From an uncultured Alphaproteobacteria bacterium (GTDB taxonomy: Bacteria > Pseudomonadota > Alphaproteobacteria > CAAGCB01 > CAG-977): DNA of 64,000 bases. Positions 62,960-64,000 of this stretch are shown here, piece after piece (the first letter of the stretch is position 1; the number at the start of each line of letters is the position of its first letter). Position numbers and translations under genes: made by a program. The DNA is taken from positions 18,443 to 82,442 of the forward strand of contig CALXOZ010000007.1 in NCBI GenBank assembly GCA_944390195.1, written 5' to 3'. The notes under the pieces were generated by a model, which did not search any database, had not been told where the DNA came from, and worked only from the letters and a program-made list of their open reading frames with translations.

Positions 62960-64000
62960 ATGGATAAATCCAGTCCCGTATATACCTTGGAAAATGAATG
63001 TCATGATTGTTATAAATGTGTACGCCAATGCAGTGTGAAAGCCATTCGTGTTAAAAACGGGCACGCATCGGTGATAGCGAATAAATGTATTGCTTGCGGG
63101 CATTGTGTTGAAATTTGTCCTTCAAAGGCGAAACGTGTCCGCGATGATGTCAATAAAGCCAGAGCCTTGTTGGCATCGGGAAAGGACGTTTATGTTTCTT
63201 TGGCTCCAAGTTGGGCGGGGTTACTGGATTGTTCCAAACATGAAATCGTATCGGCATTAAAGCAATTGGGGTTTAAAGGGGTTTCGGAAACCGCTTTGGG
63301 GGCGCAGGAAGTTTCCATAGAAACAACGAAAATCATTTCCAATTCTGAACGTAATTTGTTCATTTCAACCGCTTGCCCCGCCATTGTCGATTACATCCGT
63401 TATTATTTGCCGGAATATACTCCTTATTTAACACCGATTGCTTCTCCGGCATTGACGCATGCCATGTTTTTAAAAAAGACTTACGGTGAAGAAATCGGTG
63501 TCGTCTTCATCGGTCCGTGCATTGCCAAAAAAAACGAAGCCGACCGCCATCCCGATTTAATCAATGTTTCTTTGACATTTAAAGAATTAATGGCTTGGCT
63601 TGAGGAGGCGCGCATCACATTAAAAGCTCCGGTTGATCCTTGTGAAACTTTCGTTCCGTATGAAGCTGATGAAGGGGCTTTGTACCCCATAGAAGGCGGA
63701 ATGAACAAAACAATAGAGATATGCGGGGCTCCGAAAGATATCCAGCTCATTAACATCAGTCCGGTGCAACGGTTTAAAGCGGCTTTGAAAAATTTGGATC
63801 CCGACACCTTAAAACGCAAGGTGTTTATCGAGGCTTTGGCTTGTGAAGGCGGGTGCACGGCAGGACCGGGGGCGAATTCGTCCAAAGCCGGATTGGAAGT
63901 GGTTTCGGATATTTTAAATTATTCTCATTTGCGCGAACGGGTGCCGGATCAGCCAGAAGTCGTTGTTAATGAAAAGTTTGATCCCGCTCCGATCGAAAAA
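62960..64000 (+). CDS. Partial (3'-truncated) putative sensory-type [FeFe]-hydrogenase-like protein (group C/D, HydS-like).
   Basis: Not in the ORF track because it runs off the window. ATG at 62960 follows a GAAGGA SD. Two 4Fe-4S ferredoxin motifs sit at the N-terminus (CHDCYKCVRQC...CIACGHCVEICP). The H-cluster motifs are variant: L1 STACPAIV (TSCCP with the first Cys changed to Ala), L2 GPCIAKKNE, and L3 EALACEGGCTAGPG. Confidence 0.65.
   Translation, partial: MDKSSPVYTLENECHDCYKCVRQCSVKAIRVKNGHASVIANKCIACGHCVEICPSKAKRVRDDVNKARALLASGKDVYVSLAPSWAGLLDCSKHEIVSALKQLGFKGVSETALGAQEVSIETTKIISNSERNLFISTACPAIVDYIRYYLPEYTPYLTPIASPALTHAMFLKKTYGEEIGVVFIGPCIAKKNEADRHPDLINVSLTFKELMAWLEEARITLKAPVDPCETFVPYEADEGALYPIEGGMNKTIEICGAPKDIQLINISPVQRFKAALKNLDPDTLKRKVFIEALACEGGCTAGPGANSSKAGLEVVSDILNYSHLRERVPDQPEVVVNEKFDPAPIEK

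Overview
This 64-kb window is chromosomal, moderately AT-rich (about 40-45% GC by eye) and densely coding on both strands. I recognised no rRNA, tRNA, CRISPR array, transposase or integrase.

Several cues point to an alphaproteobacterium. There is a MipZ-type ATPase with Walker A GNEKGGTGKST. Pgm has the eukaryote/Agrobacterium-like N-terminus ([15 protein letters not shown]). There is a DUF3035-like lipoprotein and a long-form PepP. The gene order ppiD-tpiA-secG-kdsA-eno also fits.

Coding content, 5' to 3':
- alpha-2-macroglobulin and pbpC, a periplasmic defence pair
- U32 peptidase and two lipoproteins
- acnB / short monomeric-type IDH-like gene / gltA operon
- hisZ-like and purA
- an atypical protein-kinase-like (pseudokinase?) gene with a 4-TM partner
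- trkH, pepP, prmA, uvrD, ppiD, tpiA, secG, kdsA, eno
- pmm and pgm phosphohexomutases, then mipZ
- hydCBA, a trimeric NADH/ferredoxin-type [FeFe]-hydrogenase operon
- mutL, pgi, two M16 peptidases, a DUF3035-like lipoprotein, an isochorismatase-like gene, lspA, ribF, GDPD, a SAM methyltransferase, a LuxR-type response regulator and an rlmD-like gene
- at the 3' edge, a divergent rex / [2Fe-2S] ferredoxin / sensory-type [FeFe]-hydrogenase-like locus (downstream CDS truncated) with a candidate Rex operator

The ORF track uses TTG/GTG as well as ATG starts, and several true starts are internal ATGs; I adjusted these.

Non-coding highlights:
- a roughly 2.9-kb gene-poor AT-rich stretch (37.2-40.1 kb)
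- a 94-bp tandem array of about 2.75 copies (49.29-49.55 kb)
- a composite 130-185-bp element present twice in inverted orientation (39.09-39.28 kb and 49.55-49.68 kb), each ending in palindrome plus T-run and each followed by the 94-bp unit or a degenerate relative of it
- a nested 44-bp palindrome and 22-bp-spaced direct repeats upstream of hydC
- multiple clean rho-independent terminators
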